Positions 1 to 11,524 of a stretch of DNA of 64,000 bases are shown piece by piece. The position numbers and the translations under genes are program-made. Below the pieces are notes generated by a model that made no database searches, was not told where the DNA came from, and was given only the letters and a program-made list of their open reading frames with translations. The stretch is from contig NC_134029.1 in NCBI RefSeq assembly GCF_964204645.1, positions 21,074,950 through 21,138,949 of the forward strand, read 5' to 3'. Position 1 is the stretch's first letter, and the number at the start of each line of letters is the position of its first letter. This DNA is from Tubulanus polymorphus. Lineage: Eukaryota; Animalia; Nemertea.

Positions 1-131
1 AGACTGTAAATATTTCACCAAGTTCTTAAACATGGAAATCATTAAGTGTTTCCAATAGACCCTTGTAGACCAGTTCTAAGTTAGAGTTGCATAATCAAAT
101 AGCTTGACTGTCTTATTTTTTCAATTCACAG

Positions 132-792
132 AATGCATTGTTTGGAGAAGGAATCTATTTGAGTAGTGAACTAACTGTAACGATGCCTTACTGTCCAACT
201 GGACATGGATGGGAACACAGCGTACTCGGCGATAAACTGAGTTGTGTTGCTGTTTGCGAGACTATCGATCATCCATCTGTGAAATGCCAGTCGGCAGGTA
301 ATATTCTTCTTCGGTGTTATTTTCACGCGCTTCTTTCAACGAAGCAGATTTCATAATCGGTGAATATGCGAAAAACGTACCTTTCAGACAAGGACGGAGT
401 TCAACAGAAAAGTCGAACGCGTATTAAAGACAGTTTAGGCGGAGATATTCCAGAGAAATATTACGTCGTGCAAAACAATGAACTTTTGAGGGTTAAATAT
501 GTACTTGTTTATGCTGAACGAACGAAAAGGTGAATAAATGAATAAACAGATGTTTTATTATCGAGACCGTTTTCAAAACTCAATAAACCTCGTTAAACTC
601 GGGTGAATCAAGGTCCGTGTTTTCATCGTCTTTGTTTTCTATTTCAGGTCATACCGTTCGTCTTGGTGGTATCAACACCGGCAAATGATTCTAGTCCTTT
701 CCTACGCCATCATGTTGTTAGCCGTCGCTCTGTTTTACAACCAGAATTCTAAAGCTTATCTCAGACGTTGGTGGCGATCATTCCAACAGTAG
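132..792 (+). CDS. PARP16: PARP16 mono-ADP-ribosyltransferase (ER tail-anchored), last three coding exons; gene starts left of the window
   Basis: Exons 132-297, 388-529 and 648-792 (GT-AG, phases consistent) translate to [14 protein letters not shown]...[29 protein letters not shown]...[33 protein letters not shown], then a hydrophobic C-terminal anchor ([17 protein letters not shown]) and TAG at 790-792. This matches the remembered PARP16 C-terminus motif by motif. Confidence 0.93.
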
Positions 793-1615
793 CGAAATGT
801 GGGGACGAACGAACGAACATTTCTTACCAGTTCATTCAATGCATTTCAGGAGAGAATTACGTTCATTGGGGTTTAGTTTATAGGAACATGGATAACTTAT
901 GTTAATGTTAATTTCAGGGAAAATAATTGGTCGAGGTGATTTAGAATGAACTTTTAATTTTTGTTACCGTAATCGTGTTCTTTTAAAAAGGATAGTTGTA
1001 GAGGAGCCATGTTTACCTGGTATTGAATGAAATGAGAAAGTAAACCTGATTACCATTACTATTTGTGAGTAGTTGCCACTCTTTTAAGAGCTCAGTCGCT
1101 ACCAAAAATATTAGAATGCTCTCAAAATCAGAATTTTCTCTAGTTCATTCGCAATTAAACTTTAATTTTCAAATTGCGGTGACATCTACCTCATAGGAAG
1201 ACACCCAGATAGTCGGGTCTGGTACAGGTAGCACTGACTTGATCTGAAATCATGAACTAGTGACTGATTGCACTGCACTTAACAGATAGTACTTAGTACT
1301 ATTATGCTTGTAAAAGAATGTTAATTTTTCATCGTATAAATTTGGCCCCACTCCATGTCCAAATTTCAAATACGGGCCTGAAAATGGTTAGCTTGTTTCA
1401 AGCAACAGTACAACTAGATCTTACAGTGGATGCAATACGAGGTATAATCTCGTGCTACAGCATCTTCAATGTGATGGATTCAGGTTCATTCAATCATCGC
1501 AATTGATGGCATTGATTATTTGATGCGGTTACTATTACAAACTTACCAGTAATTCTCTATGATGTACACTATGTCTCGTTGATTATGTTATTACTCAAAT
1601 CGATACTACTTAAAC

Positions 1616-1639
1616 ATATATATATATATATATATATAT
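1616..1639. repeat. (TA)n microsatellite
   Basis: Direct TA dinucleotide run; similar runs near 19377-19397 and 47511-47528. Confidence 0.9.
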
Positions 1640-4300
1640 CTACGCGCGCTCTTTTCGCTATGCAACGAAATATTTTTTCAAACATTATCTGATATGTGAT
1701 CATCTGTTTGTATGCCAGGTATTAAAAATGATTTATTGCAGTTGATTAAAACAGTCATCTTGTATTTTGATATGAAATATTATTACCCTACGCGTTATCA
1801 TTATGGATCTATTCACGCTCATATCTGACCACACACAGGCCCGCAGCATGGGGGGTTCTGGGGTTGGAAAGAATCTAGCTCCGAGGATATTTAGTTCTGC
1901 TTGATTTTTTTTTATTTTCAAAAATCATTGAGCTGAAATTATACCATATAATGCATGATTATTTGTAAAATTCGGTCATTTATTTAGACCTTCAATCGAC
2001 AGGAATCGCTCAGCGGCCATGTTTGGAAGTTCGATTTCTAAATTTCTCAGACAGTTCCAACCAAATTACAAACGAACCCACCCGCATATTCCTCCTCGGG
2101 ATATGGGCTTGCATACGACTGATAAAGTAAGCAGAATGTTCCCCGGTGATTTAGAGAGACACTAAAACGTATATCTGTTGTTTCATAATAATTGATTTAT
2201 TTGTAGAGAAGTTTGTTTTTGTCAGGGGGATCGGTGCTATTTTTAGAACTAATCTATAATACGCTATATGAATATGTTGATGATCTAATGATTTTAAATA
2301 CGATGTGTATGATAGTAGTAGTATATTGATTGACTCTACTGACTAGCGCATTTCCTTAGAATTTATTCGCAATTTTTGTGTTTCCATTGCCTCAAGCCAT
2401 TTCTCACATTTAATTTGAACCAAATTCACACACTGCGAATGTAATGTTAATTTGTACAGCAATAAATAGATCATGATGTATATTGTACACTAATATAATG
2501 TATTCTTCTCTTGGGTACGGATATGCGTGGTTTCGCATGATAGGCAAACACTAGCGTCTTAATGCAATTAAATATTTACGTCTTCTGAGGATGAAATTGC
2601 GGCATTTTGTATTCGACGCACGGAGGGGGACCTGACTACGACTTCTATTGGAGAGTAGTTAAGTAAGTTCTACTATGAGAGCTCAATTACACAAAAAATA
2701 TATCAAGATACATGTACTCCCTAAATTAGAATAATTACTAGCTCATTTTCACACAAACTGCTATTTTTTTAGATCAAATTACTCTCATTTTGGTGGAAAA
2801 ACTACTACAAGCAGAGATATCAGTTAGTCTGGTCTGGGTATAATAGTCAACGAGTGATTTTCACCGCCGTTCGACATTTTGCGTTCGGTTTTATTGCTAC
2901 CAGCAATCCAGGGTTTAAACGACGATGAAACAACGATGACAGTGTATTCCGTCATCAACCAGAAAACCATGGCTTTGTTTAACTCCGCTCTATAATACGA
3001 AACTGCGCATCGATTTCTTTTTGTTTAGCTTTTGATGGCACGTTTTTGAAGATTTATCATTTCTATGAAATTATACTCATAGAATTTGCTGCGGGAAATA
3101 AATACACGTACGCGTTTATAGCCTTTATAGTAGGCCTCTGTTTGAAATACGTATTACTTTGAAAGGAAACGCCTTAAACATCACAATGATCGTGATGTAT
3201 CGCGATAACAAACACTTAATATATATGTAAATCCTTTTCCTGAACTTTGAATAGAAAAGTTAGCAATTGCAAAGATGTCGATTTCTCTTTACGAATTAGA
3301 TAGATTTTACGAGCTATTTATAGGCCTACACATGTATTTCTATAGATTGTAGAAAATATTAATATTTCCGTGAATGAATACATTTCTATGTAGGCTACAC
3401 AATAATAATTACTTGTTTTGTCGTTATAATATTTAATGCGCGGCTTTGAGTAATATTTATTTATATCTGAATGATATGATATGATATGATAAAGGGGTTT
3501 TATGTGGGACGTAAAACAACAAAATGCGCCATAAAATTTTCCAGGCACAAAACCTGACGTGAAGTTAAAATGCCGATCTGAAAATAAAACTATACAAACA
3601 AAACGAAAACGGCACGTTTGTTTGAAGTACTAATTGACATGGTCGGTTCTATCGAACTTGGAAATACGGTTATAAACGATTGATACCTTTATATTGGCGT
3701 TACAGGTGCGGAAAATTAAGATCGAAAATTACAACCTTCCAGAATTATCCGAAAACAATACTTAAGCGCGCTAAACGATTTTGACGAACGGAATGAAAAC
3801 TCATTAGATTTCGTCAAGTATATCTGAAAATAAATATTGACGTGAGCCGTTGAAGTCGGCTCTAGTTGTTTGGTTGCAGCAGCATTGATGATTCGCGTTG
3901 CGGATTGACACAGCAACCAGCGCCAGTCTCTCGTTAGAGTCGCTGCAAGATCGATAATGTGAGAGAGCATTACAGACGACATATCCATCATCTGGCTCAT
4001 TTCTGTCGCTGTATCCATCGCGCGCGTGAAGCCGAGTGTTGTCTTATAAAGATAAACGACCCGACTCCCCGTGGAGAAATGATATTCTAGTCGTTTATTG
4101 CGGTTTGTCGAGTCATTTCACAAAAGTCTTTGTTACACGCACCGTTGACAGGGACTTTTCGTGTTCAGTCAAGCGGTTGAAAAAACTGGCGCCCGGTTAT
4201 TTATATACGTATACGTGTTGTTTGGAGTTATTACGATCGAGGGCTCGTTATTGCCGAAGAATTTGTTTATACTCTATAGTGTGGTTGTTGGTTTGAAAAA

Positions 4301-4798
4301 ATGCGTACTCATTTGCTAGTGGAGGTTGTGGCTCCTCCAGAAAATGTCGAAAACGTTGAAAAACCGGACACTGATATCGAAGCGGTGAGTGTGACGCCTG
4401 AAAACGAGAAATTTTCCGCAGATGTTGTACTGCACAAACCGAACAAGACCGGTTCCGTCACCAAGATAAAACTAATGGCGAAAGCCTACGAAAGCAATTT
4501 CGGGCACTTCATGGTTTTCTACCAGGAGCGAACGTGCGGTAAAGCGACGAATTTCATCAATCTGAAAAACTGTAACGTGAATAAAATCAGTGATACGACA
4601 ATTTCGATAGCGTCGACCGACTACGACGGAAAAGGTATTACAAAATTCGACGTCTGCGATCTGAGCGATATGGATAGATGGCTGGAAGCTCTGGCGCCGA
4701 AGGTGAATTATAGGACACTGCCGATGGGATCGAGATCCCCGGTAATACCGAGGGCTCCGATGATGCCAGTTCTCGGTGAAAGCGAGGAAAGTGATTAG
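4301..4798 (+). CDS. Single-exon 165-aa uncharacterised protein with a probable PH-like domain
   Basis: AAAAATG start and clean CpG-rich ORF. Beta-strand-like pattern (HFMVFY...FINLKNCNV...TISI...KFDV) ends in the PH-typical helix DMDRWLEAL. TATAAA at 4045-4050 upstream and AATAAA near 4908 downstream. Confidence 0.72.
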   Translation: MRTHLLVEVVAPPENVENVEKPDTDIEAVSVTPENEKFSADVVLHKPNKTGSVTKIKLMAKAYESNFGHFMVFYQERTCGKATNFINLKNCNVNKISDTTISIASTDYDGKGITKFDVCDLSDMDRWLEALAPKVNYRTLPMGSRSPVIPRAPMMPVLGESEESD

Positions 4799-5855
4799 TT
4801 GGCTATAGCCCTTCTGGAATATAGAATATGCCACTATATGCTCTATATCTCGGAGGATATCATATGCAAGTATGAACAATGACAAACTCTTTGACTCTCG
4901 CGGGCAAAATAAACATTGATATCTAACCGCCTGAATGACAATCATCAAGTCTATATTTTGGAACCGATGTTTTTACATTTTCTTATCATGCTAAACTTCG
5001 ATACGACAAACTTGATACAAGGTATATAATATTGTATACAAAAATCTTCCCGTTCATATAAGATTGATTTCTACTACTATTACTATATTCTAATTAGACT
5101 TTAGATGCAGATTTAAATCGATCGAAAAATAGATTTACACTAAACCGATTTTGGTATATATTTAAATTCGAGTAGTGTACAGACTTGCGATCGAAAAATG
5201 AATACTCAGACAGTCACCTCGAAAAGTAAATCCTATGGTTGTTGCAGACGAGGGATTGAGAAATTGGAAACTCTCCGCACAGAATAATGTATCGCTCTTT
5301 CGCACAATATTCACTTCCAAACTGAATGATTCAATGTAAACCAAGCTCATGAAAAGAAAATCGTGTCAATTTAATTCTTAATTTTATTTGAATGAATCTG
5401 AGTTAATGTACGTATATATAATCTATGTGCTTTGCTTTGGTGACAACCAATTTGTTTCATAAGCAAGGCATGACTCCGGGAGTTACTAAATATAGACGAA
5501 TTATAAGTCATAGATGGGTTTCGTGATCGGGGGTGGGAGAAATTTAATCATATTTTCGTTTAATTATGACAGTTTAAGCCATGCGATCAATGTCTACGCT
5601 CGGAGACATCACGCGCTTCATCCCCGACTAGCCGCACTGTTGAAGCTTACAGAATATCGGTCCGCGATCTCATGATTGAGTCGATCAAGCCTTGAATATG
5701 TCGCGCCATTAGACCAATCCTAGTTTCTCGATGTAATATATTTTCCAGCTCTAACGCAGTGTATACTTTTCTTATGTCATCCGATTATTTCCCCGAGTAT
5801 GTTTATATGTATGTTCATTTATGAATACATTTCCACTAAGAATAGCCGTTACTTA

Positions 5856-6429
5856 CAGGTGCAGATCAAAAGCTGAGGAGGTGCGCAGCCCATGATGATG
5901 TCAACTTGCCCTGAAATCTTACGGGGAAAATGAAAAATGATTAAATGTTTTCCGATTAGCTCTTTGTCGGCGAGCGTTTTCCCTATTTTTGGGGTGTCAC
6001 CAGGGGCGGATCTAGGGTTTAATTAAGGAGGGGGAACAGGTAAAGTAAGGGCACATTTGATGAATAAGGGCACTCTAAGAGCGTCACACCGGATGTCTCC
6101 GGTGTGACGCAAACTTCGCACCTGCGGTGCGAAGCCCATTGCGGGGGGTCTGGGGGTTCTCCCCCAGAAGATTTTCTAAATTCGATGCAATTTTAGAGCT
6201 ATCTGGGCTCTTCTGGTGGCACCAGGGAGCCTTTGCGAATCCTGAATCCTAGACTTTTATTAAATAGCCAAAGATAAGAGTCGAAAAGGAAGAGTGGAAA
6301 AGATTTTACTTAAATAAAAGAAAATTCTAAATAGAAATTCTTTAGGGCACCTTGACATTTTGACGGGGAAGCGCTCCCCCTGCTTCCCCCTTGAATTCGC
6401 CCATGGTCACCGCCGTAGATCTGCCCCTG
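5856..6429. mobile_element. Nested non-autonomous DNA transposons (MITE 6001-6405 inside MITE 5856-6429), CAG termini, 5-bp TSDs
   Basis: Outer TIR CAGGTGCAGATC / GATCTGCCCCTG with flanks ACTTA/ACTAA. Inner TIR CAGGGGCGGATCTAGGG / CCCTTGAATTCGCCCATG with a perfect GTCAC TSD (5996-6000, 6406-6410). Internal 13-bp palindrome at 6081-6110. Confidence 0.75.
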
Positions 6430-6768
6430 ACTAAACAAAACGTTTTTGTCGTGTACATTTCTCTCGCCGACATTTTTTTGTGACGAGCGCACGGCTCAGC
6501 AGCAGCAGCAGCAACGTTGAAAAGGATATCGGGAAAACATCACTCGATGTCCTCAGAGACATTAAGTGGAATCATATGCTCGATTAGAGCTACTCAAAGC
6601 GACCAATTCCCGCACAAATAATCATATAGCATCAAACATTTATACCTGAAGGTGGTGATAATGTTTCGCTTTTTTTAAACTTATGTACATTGGGATCTCT
6701 TGCATTAAGCTCTGAACTCAATCATAGAAACTCACGAAAAAATTATGAAAGTATCAAAAGTATTACTT

Positions 6769-7010
6769 CAGGGCAGGCGGAAGGAGAAATACATCGGTCC
6801 GGCCACTTCTACCGGCGAGGAGATATGTTTTGTGGGAGGGGGGGGGCTTGTCCTCCCCAGACTATTCAGAAATATTCAAAGCAAGCAGATGCGTTTTAAC
6901 GAATAAATTCTGACACAAATCAAATCCCCTTACATCGGTACAAACACTATGAATAATATACGTCAAAAAACTGACACATTCAGCGAATTTTTCGGTCCAA
7001 GGCCGCCCTG
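6769..7010. mobile_element. MITE-like remnant with CAGGGC termini
   Basis: CAGGGCAGGC ... GGCCGCCCTG inverted ends and a G-rich interior similar to the neighbouring element; no clear TSD. Confidence 0.4.
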
Positions 7011-8632
7011 GTCAGCTGTGTATGCTTGAAACAGTATTGGATGAATAATAAGAAAAAAATGTATAATGTTTTTGGAATATCTATATACGTACTCGCGGAT
7101 AGGTGCTTCTGCGGCATTTTTTTCGCTGCTAAACCGCATCTGACTGCGTGGATCTCGATGTATAACGGATGTATTGTCTTAGTGTCTCTAAAATGTTTCA
7201 CATTATGATATATATCATTGTCAACTTAATTATCGAGACTTAGATGTTTAGATGTATACAATAATAATTCATTATTCTTAATTTATCAAATTCTTAAAGT
7301 TCCATCGCCGTTTTATTTATTTTATACTAATAACTATATAATGTAATGTAGTGTAAATATCTGATATATGTTGATGACGATATTTTTCGAATGAAAATGT
7401 TTTTCCTATCGGTGACGGTAATAAACAAAATTCTATACAAAATGTCTACAATGTATAGATTTGTATCTACAGTCTCTTCAGGTGTACGTATTACATCGAT
7501 CAGTCTTTCGAATTTCGTGCAGCAAATTGGTTTGCATTTGATTGTCGTCAAATGTTGCTCATTAAACTATGCTTCAGATAATTGGTATTTATCAGGCATC
7601 AGACGTTTGCACCGACCCTGGTCGATGACAACTCTTCCCGAGGCGAGGATATTCACTCAAAAGCTTTATGTCGACGATAAGCAGATTATTACTGCACCTT
7701 TTAAGCCCGATTTTGCCTATTCCCTGATGCAGATGCTTAATTGATTTAAAAATTTAAAGCCTGAACGCTACATACGATGCCAAATGGAACAAGTGGGTTG
7801 GGGATACCCATAAGAGTTTATTTCTTACTCTAAAATAATTCAAATTTGCGGAGTTATCGTCCCATCAAATATGGTGTCCATATAGTGACCTGACCGGCAC
7901 GGTTACATACCCCAAAACCAAAGGACAAAAACATTTCTAAACATTTCCGCGGTATCTCGAAAATTTCAGGGAGAGCCAGATCTTATGATCCACCCAACGA
8001 ATCCACCCTTTCCGGGGGCCTAAAGAACCTGTGAACATGTGTATATTAAATGCCGGGCTGACCCCCAAAGCCATTGCGGTATGATATTAATTGCCAATCT
8101 TCATGTTTATTTGTCATGAATTTGCACATCCAGTTGTGCGAGTAATGTGATCTGGGCGTTACGCAGGTATACATGTGTTTGGTGATTTCCCCGTAGAAAT
8201 GCACTGACTCCCTGATTCAATCAGTTTGAAGTTACGATACGGCGCTTGAAGCTGGGTGTCACGCAAGGGACGCGGAAGGTAAACTGACGGTAAATTAATC
8301 CGTCAACACGTAGCATTTATATATCAGCTATTGATACGGTTTACACGGCTTCACTTCGAGATATCAGCATTCAATTATATGACATGACGACCCCGACACA
8401 TACTGATAATTGCACAGGTACTATTTAGTTGACACTTGCACAGGATGAGCCGAACTCGGTGAATAAATGATTCAGTTGCTAGGTCACTAATCACTTGCAT
8501 ATTGAGTTCTAAGTCACGCCAATATGGCCAATGGCTCGGAAGAGATCTGTGACTCGTCGCGCTCAGTTCGTTTCCCCAAAATACATTACTTATAGTTATT
8601 TTCGCTTATCTTACGCCGATTTCTACCGATAT

Positions 8633-8646
8633 GTTACCATGGTTAC
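8633..8646. promoter_or_regulatory. RFX X-box upstream of TTLL6
   Basis: GTTACCATGGTTAC (reverse complement GTAACCATGGTAAC) fits the X-box consensus RTHNYY-WT-RRNRAC. It is followed by an ATG-free GC-rich stretch ending in a GTATGC donor at 8768, a candidate non-coding first exon of a ciliary gene. Confidence 0.6.
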
Positions 8647-10020
8647 GATTACGCTAACTGATCTGTAGCTCGAGGTTACGGGTGTGTAGGTACTGGAACG
8701 ATCTTGAGGGCGGCAGCGCGCGGCCGGAGACTGCAGCTGGTGCTCGCGACTCGTCACCGGCAGCAACGTATGCTTTTCGACGAAGAACGATTTCGTATTT
8801 CTAAATCTAGCACTCGAATACAAGGGGTCTTTCTCATTCCGGGGTTATTAACAGAACTCGGGATCGGAGTGAACAGCCCGTGCCTTGTGGGCGCCCCGCC
8901 AGGACAGAGCGTCAATCCGGGCCCCACAACCCATCATTCACTTATCTCAGACTTATAATTCACTCCGACTATTTCAAATATTCAATCATCCCTATATCTA
9001 TCGTATGCTTACACGTTAAGAATCAAATTTAATTACGACTTTCGACACTCAACCCACTTGTCTGTGTGGGACTGTTCCGACAAAATTGTCATTATTGGGG
9101 TTCGAACAGAAAACCCGTATTCGCTGCCCGGATCCCACGTGCGTGCTGTTATTTCACCAATGAATCACCATGACAACCGATGGACCAATCAACTTCTCGT
9201 ATACAGCGTACTTGGAAACTTCCAATGTAACGATCCGCAAAATTAGAAGTTGTCTGTATCTTTTATTATTGTGAAACTGATTATACAAACTTGAATTAAA
9301 AGTTTTGCTAACTATGATTCTACACTATTCAATTAGTGTAAAAGTATGAAGTAAAAAAGAAAAGCGCCATGGATGCTTGGAACTATTTCGCGGTAAGCTA
9401 TCGCAGTGGCGGTGAAAATCTTCACTATCTCAATGGCGGCTGTCAATGACATTTCTGGTCCGCTTCAAAGTCAGTTTTTGTAGCTTTTTCTCCGTCGTGA
9501 TTCTGAAATGACGTGAAAAAGCAAAATTTATCGAGATTATGTCACATTCAGTCGTCTGAAAAGGTAAAGGTGATCGATTTCTGGCAGTAAACGTGCACTG
9601 AGTCTTAGAATTTAGGGAATTTGTACAATAATACAGCATTTGTTAGTCTGCGCGTGTCTTGCTCCCACACTTTTTTGTGGTGACACTCAACTGATTAAAA
9701 ACCACCTCTCTCGATCGAAGTTAAAAAAGTTGGTTCGATTTTTACGAATTCGTAGATTTCCACTCTAGATTCGGTGAAGATTTTTCTCCCCACTCACTCC
9801 TTCTGGCTGCACTGGAAGTCACTTCTTTCTTGCCCAGATTTTTGGCTCCGCTGATGATGAATTGTTTTGATTTGGGGAAAGCAAAAAAGGCAATATTTTG
9901 CCTATAAACCATGTTTATTTTAGACACCATTTATTGCATAGTTCATTGTAATTGGTGGCTGTCTCAGTGACTGATTGTGCATCTTGATAACAGGATGACA
10001 AGAAAGCTTAGAAAAATTAG

Positions 10021-10088
10021 AATTGGAACCCGCAACCCTACCATCTTGTGCTAGTAGAGCAACTTTCTTTCAACCTCTAGACCATCTA
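10021..10088 (-). mobile_element. tRNA-derived SINE-like head interrupted by a MITE
   Basis: Minus strand reads ...TAGATGGTCTAGAGG (A-box-like) ... GGGTTCCAATT (B-box-like). The 5' end continues (GGCAGC) on the far side of the foldback element. Confidence 0.4.
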
Positions 10089-10591
10089 ATGTCTATTTCA
10101 ACCTGACATGAGAGCATTCCGGGTGGCCTAGCTCGCTCATTATTGGTAGTACATAGGGCTACCTGATAAAGGTCTTAGTAGGACCAGAAAGGACTGGCAG
10201 TCAACATATATCATCATTTTTTAATCCATTTGAAACTGTATTGAAGGATATCAAAAAAGTCTTCACTGAAAGGGGTTAAATGAAGAGAAGTGACTCCATG
10301 ATTTGAAAGTTTAACAATATGTTTCCATGCCTACATACCAAACTTCAGTTGGTAGGCATGGAGACATATTGTTAAACTTTCAAATCATGGAGTCTCGTTT
10401 CTCTCATGAACCCCTCTCAATGCAGATTTTTTGAATATCCTTCAATATAGTTTAAAGTGGATTAAAAAAAGATAGTTTAGTTCAGCTGCCAGTGCATTCT
10501 GTTCCTAATAAGACTTCTATCAGGTATGTATGAACAAAACTGACTGAGCTAGGCCACCAGGAATGCTCTCAAGTCAGGTTGAAATAGACAT
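10089..10591. mobile_element. ~500-bp foldback (palindromic) MITE with TA target-site duplication
   Basis: ATGTCTATTTCAACCTGAC... / ...GTCAGGTTGAAATAGACAT with arms complementary along most of their length (near-perfect core GACTCCATGATTTGAAAGTTTAACAATATGT). Flanked by TA at 10087-88 and 10592-93, consistent with the Tc1/mariner class. Confidence 0.8.
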
Positions 10592-11524
10592 TAGCTGCCT
10601 GAATGTTCTAAGTAAAGCCCCAACATAACCCAAAAAGCTTAACCTAACCTTGGGCTTAGCCCCAGAATCTAGTCCTTAAACATAAACCTGACATAGGCCT
10701 AAACCTAACCTAAGGCCTATTGGCCTACATGGACACCACCCTCATTGTAGAACATCAATTTCTTAAATTACACGATATAGGTTAATAGCATTGCTAGAAT
10801 CCAATAGATATAATAAGGCGATGTGTTATCTCAGACCTTACGTGCTCTTACAGATCATACCTAAATTTTTATTCATGCTAGATTGGTTAGTGTGGACAAA
10901 TGTGTGTTGTGCAAACTCGGACTTCAATGAAACCTGCAAAACAAATTACAACATCAATAACCGCTTATGAAGCTATATTTACTAATCTTCTATTTGTTTA
11001 ATACTGAAAGTGAACATCGATTGATCAACCCTTTTAACTAGCTTCCTCATGTAGTGCCGTATTTGTCAATGACTTGTGCATGTAGTAGAATGCTATGTTT
11101 ATTTTGGCCATATATCCGCAACCGGCATTTCATGTCATCAATATCTTTTGTTCCATTGCGTAGATTTCGTAGTATATTATACCAGAACTTATACATTTTC
11201 ATTTGGTGTATACTTGCATAGGTTTTGTAATTAATTTTTTTTTCTTAGTTTATGCCTGAAAATTGTTAGTAATCCTAGTTGAACCCTTGGATAGTTTAGC
11301 GAGTGAGTTGAAAAACTTAACACAACGAAGCTGTTTCCATGGTTCTAGATAAAAATTTGAGGTTACTGTTGAAACGTTGTGAACGACCTGATTTAAATGA
11401 TTAGGAGTCAAAATAACCAGGATTTTTTAGCGTCAAACTCATGAGTTTTAATCAAGCATAAAGCCATCTGAGGAAAGAACTAGTGTTACAGGTTATTGTT
11501 GTATTAATTACAGAATTGAACAGA

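Noticed and set aside
3716-4018. 100-aa minus-strand ORF
   Set aside because: No recognisable domain; it lies in the CpG-rich promoter region of the PH-like gene.
4472-4948. 158-aa antisense ORF; likewise 24657-25142, 36640-37083 and 60831-61208
   Set aside because: Shadow frames opposite real coding exons.
6431-6562. Minus-strand 43-aa ORF resembling a signal peptide (MSLRTSSDVFPISFSTLLLLLLSRAL...)
   Set aside because: The Leu run derives from a CAG microsatellite and the stop lies in a transposon TSD; no other support.
7586-7740. Minus-strand frame containing EYPRLGK, like an amidated PRL-amide neuropeptide
   Set aside because: Single occurrence, no signal peptide, no start codon or convincing exon structure.
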